Source: Desulfatiglandales bacterium
GTDB lineage: Bacteria; Desulfobacterota; DSM-4660; Desulfatiglandales; HGW-15
Assembly: GCA_963667015.2 (NCBI GenBank)
Contig: CAXXJJ010000004.1
Span: forward strand, 2,688,001 to 2,752,000
Reading direction: 5' to 3'
Length of the DNA stretch: 64,000 nt
How positions within the stretch are numbered: position 1 is the first letter of the stretch; each line of letters begins with the position of its first letter. Shown here in pieces: positions 40,852 to 51,784 of this stretch. Position numbers and translations under genes: made by a program. The notes below the pieces were generated by a model, which worked only from the letters and a program-made list of their open reading frames with translations, searched no databases and had not been told where the DNA came from.

Positions 40852-41054
40852 TTTTACTCTCTCAGAAAAAGTCCCATATAACAGGGCAAATTATAGACTT
40901 CATAAAGAAGCACATACAAAAATAAAAGAATTCAGCAGTTATAAGCCGGGATATACCTAAAAACATCAGTATTTATAGTTTTTATTCCGACTTCTTCATT
41001 CTGTCTACTGAATTCTTTACAATAATCAGGCTTGTATGGCTATTATTTTTTCAA

Positions 41055-42896
41055 TTAATCGGGATTCAGGTCATCCAGGCTGTCAGCAATCAGATTATCA
41101 TTCTCATCAAAATGATGTTTGTAATATTTTTTAAGCAGGTTGTTGATATATTTTTCCATGTCAGCAATAGCATCCCGGCTGATAATAAAATGTTCAATCC
41201 CTGAACGATCCTTGACCAGTTTAAGTCCGTATTCAAGTTTTTTAGCTACATAAGAAGCAAGGGGGCCGGGTTCACGATTTGACTCTATTGACTGCCTTAT
41301 CAGTTCATCAACCGCGCCGTCATCAAAGGACATGCTGATATCCAGTTTTTCTGCCAGCAGTATCTCTTCGTCTCTTACCTGCTTGTACATGCCTTTAAAA
41401 TCCTCAAAGGCCGTATTGATATCCGTTGTTGTATTCAGATATATCTCGCCAATGAGCTCTCGCCTGTCCTGATTCAGCTCCATTCCAGCAAGATGCCTGA
41501 AATCCTTCTCCCTCCGGGCAATAAATCCGGCAATATTTTCAAGCTCTTCTTTCTTCATCTTTTCGAAGCGTTCGATTCTCTCCGGATTATTATATTCCGT
41601 CTTTAAAAGCTCAAGTTCTCCCTTTGGATTTTCAACAAGTTCAGGGGTAACAAGAAGCTGTTTGATTTCAGTTGAAGGAAGATGTTTTTCAAATTGAATG
41701 AGGACCTTTTCAACAACACTCACAAGACTCCTTGCACCGGTCTTCATTTTTGCGGCCATCTCGGCAATTTTATCAAGTGCAGCTTCTTCAAATTTTATAT
41801 CGATTCCGTAAGCCTTGAAATCCTGCCTTTTACTTACAATAACCGGGTTATTTGGATTTTTCAGGATCTCTGCCAGATCATCCTTTGTAAGCTCATCAAA
41901 AACTACTATAACGGGAAGCCGGCCGATAAACTCGGATTCAAAACCAAATTCTACCAGGTCCTGAGCCGTTACTTCCTTCATTAACTCCCATGGCACCTCT
42001 TTTGGAGTTACATCGGCCTCAAAACCAATCCCCTGCTTCTGAAGGCGTTTCTTTATAATTTCCGTAAGAGCCCCAAAAGCTCCGCTCATAATAAAAAGGA
42101 TGTTTTTGGTATTAACTACCCTTTTTTCCTTTTTGCCGGTCCGCCTGAAATGCTCGATCGCCTGTATCTGGGAAACAGGGTCGTGGGCAACCTTCAGGTC
42201 AATGTCAGTTTCTTCCATGGGCTTCAGGAGCGCCCTTTGAACCCCTGTCCGGGAGACATCATGCCCGATAAGATTGTTTGAAGATGCTATTTTATCGATT
42301 TCGTCAATATAAATAATACCGTTTTCAGCCAGATCTATGTCCTCATCAGCCTCATAAACAAGATCCCTTACAAGATCCTCCACATCTCCGCCGACATAGC
42401 CTGTTTCACTGAACTTGGTCGCATCACCCTTTACCATAGGAACTCCAAGTTTCTGGGCCAGGAGTTTTATCATGTAGGTTTTTCCAACACCCGTCGGACC
42501 TATCATGAGGACATTGTTTTTTATCATCCCCACACCGGTTGTTTTTTTCTTTCCGGAGATCTTATTCAGGAAATTAACCCTGTTGAAATGAGTGCATATC
42601 TTTGTTGAAAGAACTGCTTTTGCATCATCCTGCTTTACCACAAAGGTATCAAGATGGGCCTCCAGCTCTTCCGGGAGCATATCAAAATTGAGAGGAGTCT
42701 TTTTATTTTCAAAGTCTCCGCCATCATCCATTTCATCAATATCCCCCTTGGGCAGCATGACAGGAGAAAGAATTTTAATGCGGTTTCCGTACTTTTTGGA
42801 AAGGTAATCACTCAATTCCTTTTCAAGTTCCTGCTGATTCGGAAGTTTTTCATACTCATCACGTTTATTGCCGGCATTGTCATCATAAATAGTCAT
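41055..42896 (-). CDS. ClpX-like AAA+ ATPase with C-terminal extension
   Basis: GPTGVGKT, DATKFSETGYVGGDVE, YIDEIDK, IGF loop, EFIGRLPV, TGARSL. Confidence 0.85.
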   Translation of the reverse strand: MTIYDDNAGNKRDEYEKLPNQQELEKELSDYLSKKYGNRIKILSPVMLPKGDIDEMDDGGDFENKKTPLNFDMLPEELEAHLDTFVVKQDDAKAVLSTKICTHFNRVNFLNKISGKKKTTGVGMIKNNVLMIGPTGVGKTYMIKLLAQKLGVPMVKGDATKFSETGYVGGDVEDLVRDLVYEADEDIDLAENGIIYIDEIDKIASSNNLIGHDVSRTGVQRALLKPMEETDIDLKVAHDPVSQIQAIEHFRRTGKKEKRVVNTKNILFIMSGAFGALTEIIKKRLQKQGIGFEADVTPKEVPWELMKEVTAQDLVEFGFESEFIGRLPVIVVFDELTKDDLAEILKNPNNPVIVSKRQDFKAYGIDIKFEEAALDKIAEMAAKMKTGARSLVSVVEKVLIQFEKHLPSTEIKQLLVTPELVENPKGELELLKTEYNNPERIERFEKMKKEELENIAGFIARREKDFRHLAGMELNQDRRELIGEIYLNTTTDINTAFEDFKGMYKQVRDEEILLAEKLDISMSFDDGAVDELIRQSIESNREPGPLASYVAKKLEYGLKLVKDRSGIEHFIISRDAIADMEKYINNLLKKYYKHHFDENDNLIADSLDDLNPD

Positions 42897-43195
42897 ATAA
42901 TCCTCATAAAGATATAAACAGATCTGTTTTTACTTATTCCATAAAGTTAAATTATAAATTTAACCCAAATTCAGGGTTTCTTTAAAACGGTTTATATCTA
43001 TCTAATAATTCTAAGAATTTTTATTCCTAAAAATATAGGCATTAAGCACCCTGTTTTCAACCCCAATATTCTTTTTATAGTTTATTGACTGATTCATTGA
43101 TTTTCATTAAAGTCTTGATTTAATAATGATTACTCATTTATACAGATCGGCATTTAAAAACGATACATTAACTTTTAAAAATTGAGGAACCATAT

Positions 43196-46189
43196 ATGGC
43201 CTCTCGACTTGAAATACGACTTAAAAAAGAATTGCCTGATGCTGAGGGCAATAATATTAAAAAAAAGGCAATTGATTACTTCGGACTGGCTGTTAAGGAT
43301 ATCCGGGTCATTAAAATTTTGACTCTTGATGCTGAATTAAGCGAAACTCAGCTGAAGGATATCAAAGCTGAAATCTTTACGAATCCTGTAATTGAAGAAT
43401 CGTCTTTTTCTCCAATAGCAGAAGATTTTGACTGGCTGATATGGATAGGCTTCAGACCGGGCGTCAGAGACACTGTCGGAAGTACAGCAGTAGAAGCGAT
43501 TGAAGATTTTCTTAAGATCCGGTTTAAAAAGGATGAAGCCGTCTACACATCCAAACTCTATGAAGTACGCGGAGATATCAGTGAAGCTGATGCCACTAAA
43601 ATTGCATCTGAAATTCTTTCAAATGATATAATACAGCAATACAGGGTATTCTCAAAAAATGACTGGGATCAGCAAAAAGGCATAGGTATAATCCTCCCCA
43701 AGGTAAAGCTGGATCATGTCCCTAAATCAAACACGATATCCATCAATTCCGATGAGGAACTTAAAAGAATATCCGGTGAACGGAACCTGGCACTTCAGGA
43801 CAGTGATATCCCAACCATAAGGAAATATTTTTTAAGGGAAGATATCCTTGCCGGGCGAAAAAAGGTTGGCCTTGATCAGCCCACCGATGTTGAGCTGGAA
43901 TATATCTCCCAGGCAAGAAGTGACCATTGCAACCACAACACCTTCAGAGCTCTTTTCAATTATAAGGACCTTTCAACCGGCAAAGAAGAGCAGATAAATA
44001 ATCTCTTCAAGACCTGTATTCAGGCCCCCACCCTTGAGATAAAGGATAAAAAAGACTGGGTGGTATCTGTTTTGTGGGACAATGCAGGCGTTGCGCGGTT
44101 TGATGATAAAAACAATTACACCATTACGGGTGAAACCCATAACAGCCCTTCAAACATGGAGGCCTACGGCGGCGCCATTACCGGAATAGTAGGCATTTAC
44201 AGGGACCCGCTGGGTACAGGCAAAGGATCAAAACTAATACTGGGGATGTATGGTTACTGTGTAGGGGACAGGGATTATGACGGTCCGCTTAAACCTCACC
44301 TGCACCCGAGAAGGCTCCTGGACGGTGTAATAGAAGGGGTCAAGGACGGGGGAAACAAGAGCGGTGTTCCCACACCATTCGGCCAGGTGGTTTTTGATAA
44401 AGGCTACATGGGTAAATGCCTTGTCTTTGTTACCGCGCTTGGAATTATGCCGGACAGGATAAACGATGCACCTTCACACCTCAAAAAGACAGAACCCGGA
44501 GAGCTGATAATTATGTCCGGAGGCCGGGTAGGAAAAGACGGCATCCACGGTGTAACAGCATCTTCAGAAGTGTTCAGCGAACATACTCCCGCCGGCCATG
44601 TCCAGATAGGCGACCCCTATACCCAGAAGAAAATGCACGACTTCCTGCTTGAAGCAAGGGATGAAGATCTTTTCACCTTCATAACCGATAACGGCGGTGG
44701 CGGGCTTTCATCGTCCGTAGGAGAGTCTGCCATGCTGAGCAACGGATGCAGGGTGGACCTGGACAAGGTTCCGCTCAAATATGAAGGTCTTGACCAGTGG
44801 GAGATATGGGTATCAGAATCACAGGAAAGAATGACTATTGCTGTTAAACCTGAAAATCTTGACAGATTTATGGAACTCAGTCGAAAGCACGCGGTTGAAT
44901 CAACTGTGATTGGTGAATACAACGACTCCGGATACCTGAGACTGGATTACAACGGAAAAACCTGTGCATATATAAGCATGGATTTCATGGAATCGGATTT
45001 TCCCCAGTGGGTATTTGATGCGGAATGGACACCTCCCGAGACAAGAGGGCTGTGTGAACCTGTAATAAGCGAACCTAAAAAACACGGGGAATTGTTAAAG
45101 ACCATTCTTGCTCGGCCCAATATCTGTTCAAAAAACTGGATTGCCCGACAGTATGATCATGAAGTACAGGGAGGAAGCATTATCAAACCCCTGGTGGGAA
45201 AAGGCAGAGACATCCCGAGTGATGCGGCAGTGGTTAAACCTGTACTGGATTCACCCGGAGGCATTGCGATATCCCAGACTATCAATCCTTTCTTTTCGGA
45301 AATCGATACATACCATATGACGGCATATATTATTGATGAATCCATTAGAAAGGTACTGGCTGTTGGAGGAGATCTGGACCATCTGGGCGGTGTTGATAAT
45401 TTCTGCTGGCCTACTATCCAGTATCATCCGGAACAGAATCCGGACGGTAAATACAAGGCCGCACAGCTTGTGAGATCAAACCTGGCCCTGCGTGATTACT
45501 GCCTCTCATTTGGTATCCCTCTTCTTTCGGGCAAGGACAGCATGTACATAGACGGCAACCTCGAAGGCCTCTATGGTGAAAGAAGAAAAGTATCAGGCCT
45601 TCCCACCCTGCTTTTCACAGTATCGAGCGTTATAAAGGATACTGAAAAATGCCTCACAATGGAGAGCAAGATGCCCGGGGATCTTGTCTATATACTTGGG
45701 GAAACCGAAGACGAGCTCGGAGGAAGCGAATATTACCAGATGATGGGAGAGCTCGGGCTCAATGTTCCTGAAGTGAATACCGAAGAGGTTATTCCCCTTT
45801 ATAAAAAGCTGGGAGAGGCCACTGACCAGGGTCTTATTGCATCTGCCCACGCAGTATCAAGGGGCGGACTTGGCGTACATCTGGCAATGGTTGCCATGGG
45901 TGGCGAATTGGGAATGGAGGTTGATCTTAAGGCTGTTCCCGCTGCTCCCGGACTTTCTGATATAACGATACTCTATTCGGAATCAGCAGGAAGGTTCATT
46001 GTTACGGTTGACCCGGCAAAAAAAGAGAAATTCGAGAAACTTTTTAATGGTTTAAAGATCGGCCTTGCAGGCAGGGTTGCGGATTCAAATATATTTAGAA
46101 TTTCAGGAATCAGCGGCAGTGAAATAATATGTGAAGAGGTTGGTGCCCTGAAAGACTGCTGGTCAAAAACCTTTGGAGGATTAATATAA
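43196..46189 (+). CDS. purL: Phosphoribosylformylglycinamidine synthase, synthetase subunit
   Basis: SDHCNH, ETHNSPS, DNGGGGLS, SESQERM, QYDHEVQG, SGKDS. Confidence 0.93.
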   Translation: MASRLEIRLKKELPDAEGNNIKKKAIDYFGLAVKDIRVIKILTLDAELSETQLKDIKAEIFTNPVIEESSFSPIAEDFDWLIWIGFRPGVRDTVGSTAVEAIEDFLKIRFKKDEAVYTSKLYEVRGDISEADATKIASEILSNDIIQQYRVFSKNDWDQQKGIGIILPKVKLDHVPKSNTISINSDEELKRISGERNLALQDSDIPTIRKYFLREDILAGRKKVGLDQPTDVELEYISQARSDHCNHNTFRALFNYKDLSTGKEEQINNLFKTCIQAPTLEIKDKKDWVVSVLWDNAGVARFDDKNNYTITGETHNSPSNMEAYGGAITGIVGIYRDPLGTGKGSKLILGMYGYCVGDRDYDGPLKPHLHPRRLLDGVIEGVKDGGNKSGVPTPFGQVVFDKGYMGKCLVFVTALGIMPDRINDAPSHLKKTEPGELIIMSGGRVGKDGIHGVTASSEVFSEHTPAGHVQIGDPYTQKKMHDFLLEARDEDLFTFITDNGGGGLSSSVGESAMLSNGCRVDLDKVPLKYEGLDQWEIWVSESQERMTIAVKPENLDRFMELSRKHAVESTVIGEYNDSGYLRLDYNGKTCAYISMDFMESDFPQWVFDAEWTPPETRGLCEPVISEPKKHGELLKTILARPNICSKNWIARQYDHEVQGGSIIKPLVGKGRDIPSDAAVVKPVLDSPGGIAISQTINPFFSEIDTYHMTAYIIDESIRKVLAVGGDLDHLGGVDNFCWPTIQYHPEQNPDGKYKAAQLVRSNLALRDYCLSFGIPLLSGKDSMYIDGNLEGLYGERRKVSGLPTLLFTVSSVIKDTEKCLTMESKMPGDLVYILGETEDELGGSEYYQMMGELGLNVPEVNTEEVIPLYKKLGEATDQGLIASAHAVSRGGLGVHLAMVAMGGELGMEVDLKAVPAAPGLSDITILYSESAGRFIVTVDPAKKEKFEKLFNGLKIGLAGRVADSNIFRISGISGSEIICEEVGALKDCWSKTFGGLI

Positions 46190-47013
46190 TGCCTGTAAAA
46201 GCACTTATACTTACCGGGTACGGGCTTAACTGTGATTATGAAACAGAGTATGCATTGAAGCTTGCAGGGGCAGATACCCTGAAGATGCATATAAATGATG
46301 TTATAGAAGATTCAGGAAAGATTTTGAAAGACTGCCGGATACTTGTCTTCGGCGGTGGATTCAGCTGGGCAGATGACCACGGAGCCGGGGTTATCTTTGC
46401 ATCAAAAATAAAATTCAATATAGGTGACAGGATAAAGGAATTTATTGAGGAGGGAAACCTTGTTATAGGGATATGTAACGGATTCCAGTCTCTTGTAAAT
46501 CTCGGCCTGCTTCCAGGTTTTGACAACAACTATACAGAAAGACGCGTTGCACTTACGAACAATGACAGGGGCAACTTCATCGACTGCTGGATTAATTTAA
46601 AGATCAACCCCAATTCAAATTGTGTATTTACAAAGGGAATGGATACCATTGAACTTCCTGTACGTCATGCTGAAGGTAAGCTTTTTGCTTCGGAAAACGA
46701 TATTGACCGGCTTTTTAAAAGCAATCAGGTCGTCGCGCAATACGCTGACAGGGAAGGTAATCCTGCAGATGATGTGTGGCCATTTAACCCTAACGGTTCC
46801 ATAAGGGATATAGCAGGGATTTGTGATCCGACAGGCCGGATATTCGGCCTTATGCCTCACCCCGAGGCATTTCATTCATACATGAATCATCCGGAGTGGA
46901 CAGGTAAAAAGGAAAGATTATCAAGAGAAGGGAAGAAACTGGAAAATAAGGAAGGTGATGGTATCAGGATATTCAGAAACGCAGTGGAGTACGCAAACCA
47001 GAAATTATCTTAA
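46189..47013 (+). CDS. purQ: FGAM synthase glutaminase subunit
   Basis: GLNCD, GGFSWAD, GICNGFQ, GLMPHPE. Confidence 0.95.
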   Translation: MPVKALILTGYGLNCDYETEYALKLAGADTLKMHINDVIEDSGKILKDCRILVFGGGFSWADDHGAGVIFASKIKFNIGDRIKEFIEEGNLVIGICNGFQSLVNLGLLPGFDNNYTERRVALTNNDRGNFIDCWINLKINPNSNCVFTKGMDTIELPVRHAEGKLFASENDIDRLFKSNQVVAQYADREGNPADDVWPFNPNGSIRDIAGICDPTGRIFGLMPHPEAFHSYMNHPEWTGKKERLSREGKKLENKEGDGIRIFRNAVEYANQKLS

Positions 47014-47038
47014 CCCCCTTATTTAGTCGTAAATATAG

Positions 47039-47087
47039 AAAAGAGTATTTAAGGAGAGATCAATAATTCTCCCATATACTCTTTTTT
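47039..47087 (+). terminator. Terminator after purQ
   Basis: aaaagagtat..ggaga / tctcc..atactctttt with T-run. Confidence 0.5.
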
Positions 47088-47288
47088 ATTTTCTATTTAC
47101 TATTCCGTCCAGCCAGGATGTCCTGCCCAACCTTCATTTAAACAGCCGGGGCCGTCGTACCAGTATTCCTTACCGCCCATAGTCTTCTGGAATCTTGGTC
47201 CAAGGTGGATAGCCTGAGACATAAAAGGCCATGCTATAGTCTCTTCTTAATATTTTTCAGAATATGCTGTGTTCAACCAGTAAGATAT

Positions 47289-47702
47289 TTACTGACGCTT
47301 TAATATAATCTGCTGTTCTTCAACCCCGAAACCGCCACCGGCTTGATCTTCAGTCACGCTTTTAAAACTAAGTTTTATTCTATCGCCTTTTACTTTGCCC
47401 TTATAACAGAATACCATTTTTGAAGGGCCTATATTCACATCCAGCAAAAACCATATTTTATTACCCTTAATAATACCTTCCCTTATGGGGACCTGTATTC
47501 CCATTCCGGCAGGTTCATTATATCCTGTAAGCGTTTCTCCATCAGCCTTAAAACCAAAAGTAAGAACCATCGGTGGTGTTCCCTGTCCTCGGCCAAAACC
47601 ACCAAACTGTGCAAATTCACCGGCCCATTTACCATCAATATCAGCGGCAAAGGAAATACTGGCTATCAGCAATATTCCAAGAATGAATGTAAATAGGCGC
47701 AT
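47289..47702 (-). CDS. Hypothetical exported beta-rich protein
   Basis: Signal peptide ending SFA-ADIDGKW; RBS ggagg. Confidence 0.7.
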   Translation of the reverse strand: MRLFTFILGILLIASISFAADIDGKWAGEFAQFGGFGRGQGTPPMVLTFGFKADGETLTGYNEPAGMGIQVPIREGIIKGNKIWFLLDVNIGPSKMVFCYKGKVKGDRIKLSFKSVTEDQAGGGFGVEEQQIILKRQ

Positions 47703-47872
47703 AAAATCCCTCCTTTATTGGGGATTCTGATAAGGAAACCTGATTATTTTTTAAAGCAAAAAGTATAGGGAATATACCCATATGTGTCAACCGAAACATA
47801 AAGCCCGGCTACGAACCGGGCCTATAAAGGTCAAATAAAAACCATTCTTTGACTTATTAGATAAAAATCAGG

Positions 47873-48889
47873 TTATTTTTTAGCCATTTCATACATCTGC
47901 ATGGTTGAACTCTTGCGCATGCCAATAAGGTTTTTTGGGACCTGCTGTTTCAGCTCATCAACGGTCCATCGGTTACCGTCACCGTATTTTATAAGTGAAC
48001 TTGTCCATTCAGCTTCTGAATAAAGATGAATGGATGGCCCGCCCACAAAAAAGACTGACCCGCTTATTCCTGCTGCATCATCTGTAGACAGGTAACAGAT
48101 AAAGGGCGCCAGATCATCCGGGCTGGGGCTCATATTAAGGGGCAGTTTAAAATTTTCAAAAACCCATGGTCCCTGGCCTTCGGGCATGGCCTTTTCATAG
48201 GCATCTATCTCAAATGAAGCCCTTGTATTGGCATTGGGAGCAAATGCATTACAGGTAATCCCATACTCAATTACTTCCTGGGCAACCGCAAAGGTGAGGC
48301 CTACAACTCCTGCATTTGCAGCAGAATAATGGGCCTGACGGATTCCTCCGCCCTTGAAGGCACCCGATGTACAGTTGACAATACGCCCGAATTTCTGTTT
48401 CATCATGTGTGGAAGTGCATGCCTTATACAGTTAAAATGTGCCTTTGGTTTTACATTACATACCTTGTCCCAGTCTTCCTCACTCATCTCCCAGACCGGG
48501 CTGAATGAGAATGTTCCAACAACATTGACAAGGATATCGATTCTGCCGAAATTATCCACAGCAGTTTGTATAAGCTCTTTTGCTGTTTCAAAATTACTTG
48601 TGTCGCCAAAAAAGGCTACGGCCTCACCGCCTGCGTCCCTGATAGCCTGTGCTGTTGTCTCTGCATCACCCTTTGCTTCTTCGGATTTCTTTTTAAGGGT
48701 CTCTTTTTCCTCATCACTCAGGTTGCTCACCAGAGATTCATCCATAATGGCAAAGCCTGTTGATCCGGGTTTACGGTTATTGGTAACAACCTTTGCGCCT
48801 TCTCTACCCATGGCTAAAGCAATACTGCGACCGATGCCCTGACCTGACCCGGTAACCACCGCCACTTTGCCTTTTAAATTATCATTCAT
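47873..48889 (-). CDS. SDR-family oxidoreductase
   Basis: VTGSGQGIG, YSAAN (YxxxK variant with N), DLAPFICYL. Confidence 0.9.
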   Translation of the reverse strand: MNDNLKGKVAVVTGSGQGIGRSIALAMGREGAKVVTNNRKPGSTGFAIMDESLVSNLSDEEKETLKKKSEEAKGDAETTAQAIRDAGGEAVAFFGDTSNFETAKELIQTAVDNFGRIDILVNVVGTFSFSPVWEMSEEDWDKVCNVKPKAHFNCIRHALPHMMKQKFGRIVNCTSGAFKGGGIRQAHYSAANAGVVGLTFAVAQEVIEYGITCNAFAPNANTRASFEIDAYEKAMPEGQGPWVFENFKLPLNMSPSPDDLAPFICYLSTDDAAGISGSVFFVGGPSIHLYSEAEWTSSLIKYGDGNRWTVDELKQQVPKNLIGMRKSSTMQMYEMAKK

Positions 48890-49203
48890 TTTATACCCTC
48901 CTCAGGAAATATTTCGTTTAATGCTAATATTAGAAATTTACACTATACTATTAAATAATAATTTTCAAATACCTGATAATAATTAGTTAAAAATGCCGAT
49001 TTTCGACACTGACAAAATAATATATCAGATTTTATCTATTGAAATTATATAATTTTAAGCTTAAAATAAATGATTGTTTTATTAGTCAATCAATTCATGC
49101 GGATATTATACCTCAAATGCTATTGACTCACAGAGACATACCCAATATACTTGATTTATGATAAAATGTTTTATTATCAACAGCTTATACCAGGAGACAA
49201 AGA

Positions 49204-51768
49204 ATGGAAGCAATCAAAGAGGTTAATAATTCATATAAAAAAGCCGTTAAGATAATGCCGCAGGCTATTGAACCCTTTGACAGAGAATGGGGGATAGGAA
49301 TTTCAGGAAATACTCCTGAACCTTCTCCATTTCCGCGCATTAACAGAATTCTGAAGAATACTGCAAAGACAACAAACGGTTTTGTGCCGGCAGAAAGGGC
49401 TCTTCTGGTTACCGAGGCATATAAAAACAATCCAGGGGTGCCTCAGATAACAAAATGCGCCGAGGGTATGGCAAATTTATTAAGGAATACGCCAATCTAT
49501 ATATATGATGATGAGCTGATCGCAGGCGGGCTTGGCTGTGATAAAAAAGGCGCCCCTGTTTTTCCTGAATTCGGTCTCAACTGGGTAGTTGATGAAATGC
49601 GGGACGGCCTGATGGACTACAGCGAAGAACGCACACATGATTATTTCAGCTATACCAGGGAGTCCCATGAAAAACTTGAATCCATCAGGGATTTCTGGAA
49701 CGGAAATACAATTGAAGACTATGCAAATTCATTATTAACAGACGATGAACTAAAAGGCTCCCATGCAGGCAAGGGGGTATTTTTTGCTGATGCCTATATT
49801 TTCTGCGGGGCCGGGCACCTTGGGCTGTCGTATGAAAGACTGTTCAAGATAGGCTATAAAGGTATCAGGCAAATGATTCTCGATGCCATTAATGATATTG
49901 ATAAAACCTCGCCCGAGGGTCTTAAAAAATATATCTTCTTAAAGGCCGAACTCCTTGTAAACGAAGCCGCCACAGACCATATAAAACGCTATGCAAGCCT
50001 TGCATGGGAAAAGGCCAAAAAAGAATCCGATGAAACCCGAAAAAAAGAACTCCTTCAGATGCACGAAAACCTTAAATGGGTATCGGAAAATCCGCCCCGC
50101 ACATTCTGGGAGGCCATTCAGCTGGTGCATATTGCAAACTGCATGATACATATGGAATGCAATGGCCATTCGATATCATATGGAAGATTTGATCAGTACA
50201 TGTATCCTTTTTTTAAAAAGGATATCGAGAGCGGAACAGCAACCAGGGAATTCTGCCAGGAGCTTATAGAAAATTTTTATATAAAGATATGGGACCTTAA
50301 TAAACTGCGAAGCCATGTCCTTATAAAAACATTCGGTAATGGCGGTGTTGGCGGTCAGTGCCTGACCCTGGGGGGAATTGACAGGGATGGCAGGGATGCG
50401 ACCAATGAGTTGACCTATATGGGTGTTGATGCCCATGTTCACATCAGGATACCTACCCCATGGCTGGCTGTCAGGCTGCATGCCGGCACGCCCTGGGAAC
50501 TGAAGGTAAAGGTGGCAAACGCAATCCGCCTGGGGACAGGTGAACCCAAGATATTTAATGATGATGTGGCAATACCGTCCATGCTGTCATCCTATACTGA
50601 CATAAAAGATGCACGGAATTACCAGGTGGTCGGGTGTGTTGAGCCTGACGTTACCGGAAAATCATACGGCTGGAAAGACTGCGGGCACATGAACATGGCC
50701 AAGGTACTTGAACTCGCCATGAACAACGGCCGTTGTATAGACTGCGGCCCGCAGTGTATGAGATGGGACAAATGCGGTGCTATCGGGGAAAGACTCGGTC
50801 TTGAAACCGGAAGCCTTGAGGATTTCAAGACATTCGATGAGGTGCTTGAGGCCTATGACAAACAGATGAAATACTGGTGCGATCGCCAGATATCAGTATT
50901 GAACGCTGTTGATCTTGCGCACCAGGCATTGAAACCATTGCCTTATCTTTCTTCTGTTATGGAAGGATGCATTGAAAATGGCAAGGATATAACACATGGA
51001 GGTGTTAAGTATAATTTCAGCGGTCCCCAGTGCGTCGGAATCGGCACCACAGGAGACGGGCTTGCAACAATCAAACAGCTTGTGTTTGAAGAAAAGAAGG
51101 TAACCGGAAAAGAATTCCTTACAGCTATCCGGAAAAACTGGGAAGGCTATGAATCTCTTTATGCCTATGTGAACAGCGATAAGGTACACCATTACGGCAA
51201 TGATGACGATTATGCAGATGAACTCACCAGGTTTGCCATGGATACATGGTGCAAACATATAGAACACAGGCCAAACACCCGTGGCGGATTCTATCAGCCG
51301 GGTGCATATTCTGTTACTGTAAACGTAGCATTCGGACTCATGCAATGGGCGTCCTTTGAAGGTAGAAAGGCATTTGAACCCCTATCAGACTGCATGGGGG
51401 CAGTTCACACACACTTCGCCTCACATGATGTATCCGGTCCAACCGCAATATGCAGATCGGTTACAAAACTTGACCATGCAAGGGCAACCAACGGCACCCT
51501 TTTAAACTGGAAATTTTCACCTTCATCCCTTACCGGAGATACCGGCAGGGACAGTTTCATTGCACTGCTCGACGAATATGTTCAGAGAAAGGGCATGCAC
51601 AGCCAGTTCAGTGTTGTCAACCAGGAGACACTGGTCGAGGCCCAGAAAAACCCGGATGAATACAGGGATCTTTTAATCCGGGTTGCAGGTTACAGTGCAT
51701 ACTTTGTAGAACTTTCAAAAGAGCTTCAGGATGATATTATAGGCAGGACAGTACTGTCCTTTGACTGA
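49204..51768 (+). CDS. Glycyl radical enzyme (non-PFL, eliminase-like), copy 1
   Basis: Cys loop VGCVEP, Gly loop RVAGYSAYF, GAGH, NGHSISYGR. Confidence 0.92.
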   Translation: MEAIKEVNNSYKKAVKIMPQAIEPFDREWGIGISGNTPEPSPFPRINRILKNTAKTTNGFVPAERALLVTEAYKNNPGVPQITKCAEGMANLLRNTPIYIYDDELIAGGLGCDKKGAPVFPEFGLNWVVDEMRDGLMDYSEERTHDYFSYTRESHEKLESIRDFWNGNTIEDYANSLLTDDELKGSHAGKGVFFADAYIFCGAGHLGLSYERLFKIGYKGIRQMILDAINDIDKTSPEGLKKYIFLKAELLVNEAATDHIKRYASLAWEKAKKESDETRKKELLQMHENLKWVSENPPRTFWEAIQLVHIANCMIHMECNGHSISYGRFDQYMYPFFKKDIESGTATREFCQELIENFYIKIWDLNKLRSHVLIKTFGNGGVGGQCLTLGGIDRDGRDATNELTYMGVDAHVHIRIPTPWLAVRLHAGTPWELKVKVANAIRLGTGEPKIFNDDVAIPSMLSSYTDIKDARNYQVVGCVEPDVTGKSYGWKDCGHMNMAKVLELAMNNGRCIDCGPQCMRWDKCGAIGERLGLETGSLEDFKTFDEVLEAYDKQMKYWCDRQISVLNAVDLAHQALKPLPYLSSVMEGCIENGKDITHGGVKYNFSGPQCVGIGTTGDGLATIKQLVFEEKKVTGKEFLTAIRKNWEGYESLYAYVNSDKVHHYGNDDDYADELTRFAMDTWCKHIEHRPNTRGGFYQPGAYSVTVNVAFGLMQWASFEGRKAFEPLSDCMGAVHTHFASHDVSGPTAICRSVTKLDHARATNGTLLNWKFSPSSLTGDTGRDSFIALLDEYVQRKGMHSQFSVVNQETLVEAQKNPDEYRDLLIRVAGYSAYFVELSKELQDDIIGRTVLSFD

Positions 51769-51784
51769 TCGGATATAAAGACTG

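Noticed and set aside
47100..47232. Short minus-strand frames (MSQAIHLGPRF..WAGHPGWTE)
   Set aside because: Possibly a gene fragment, but no recognisable family or convincing RBS
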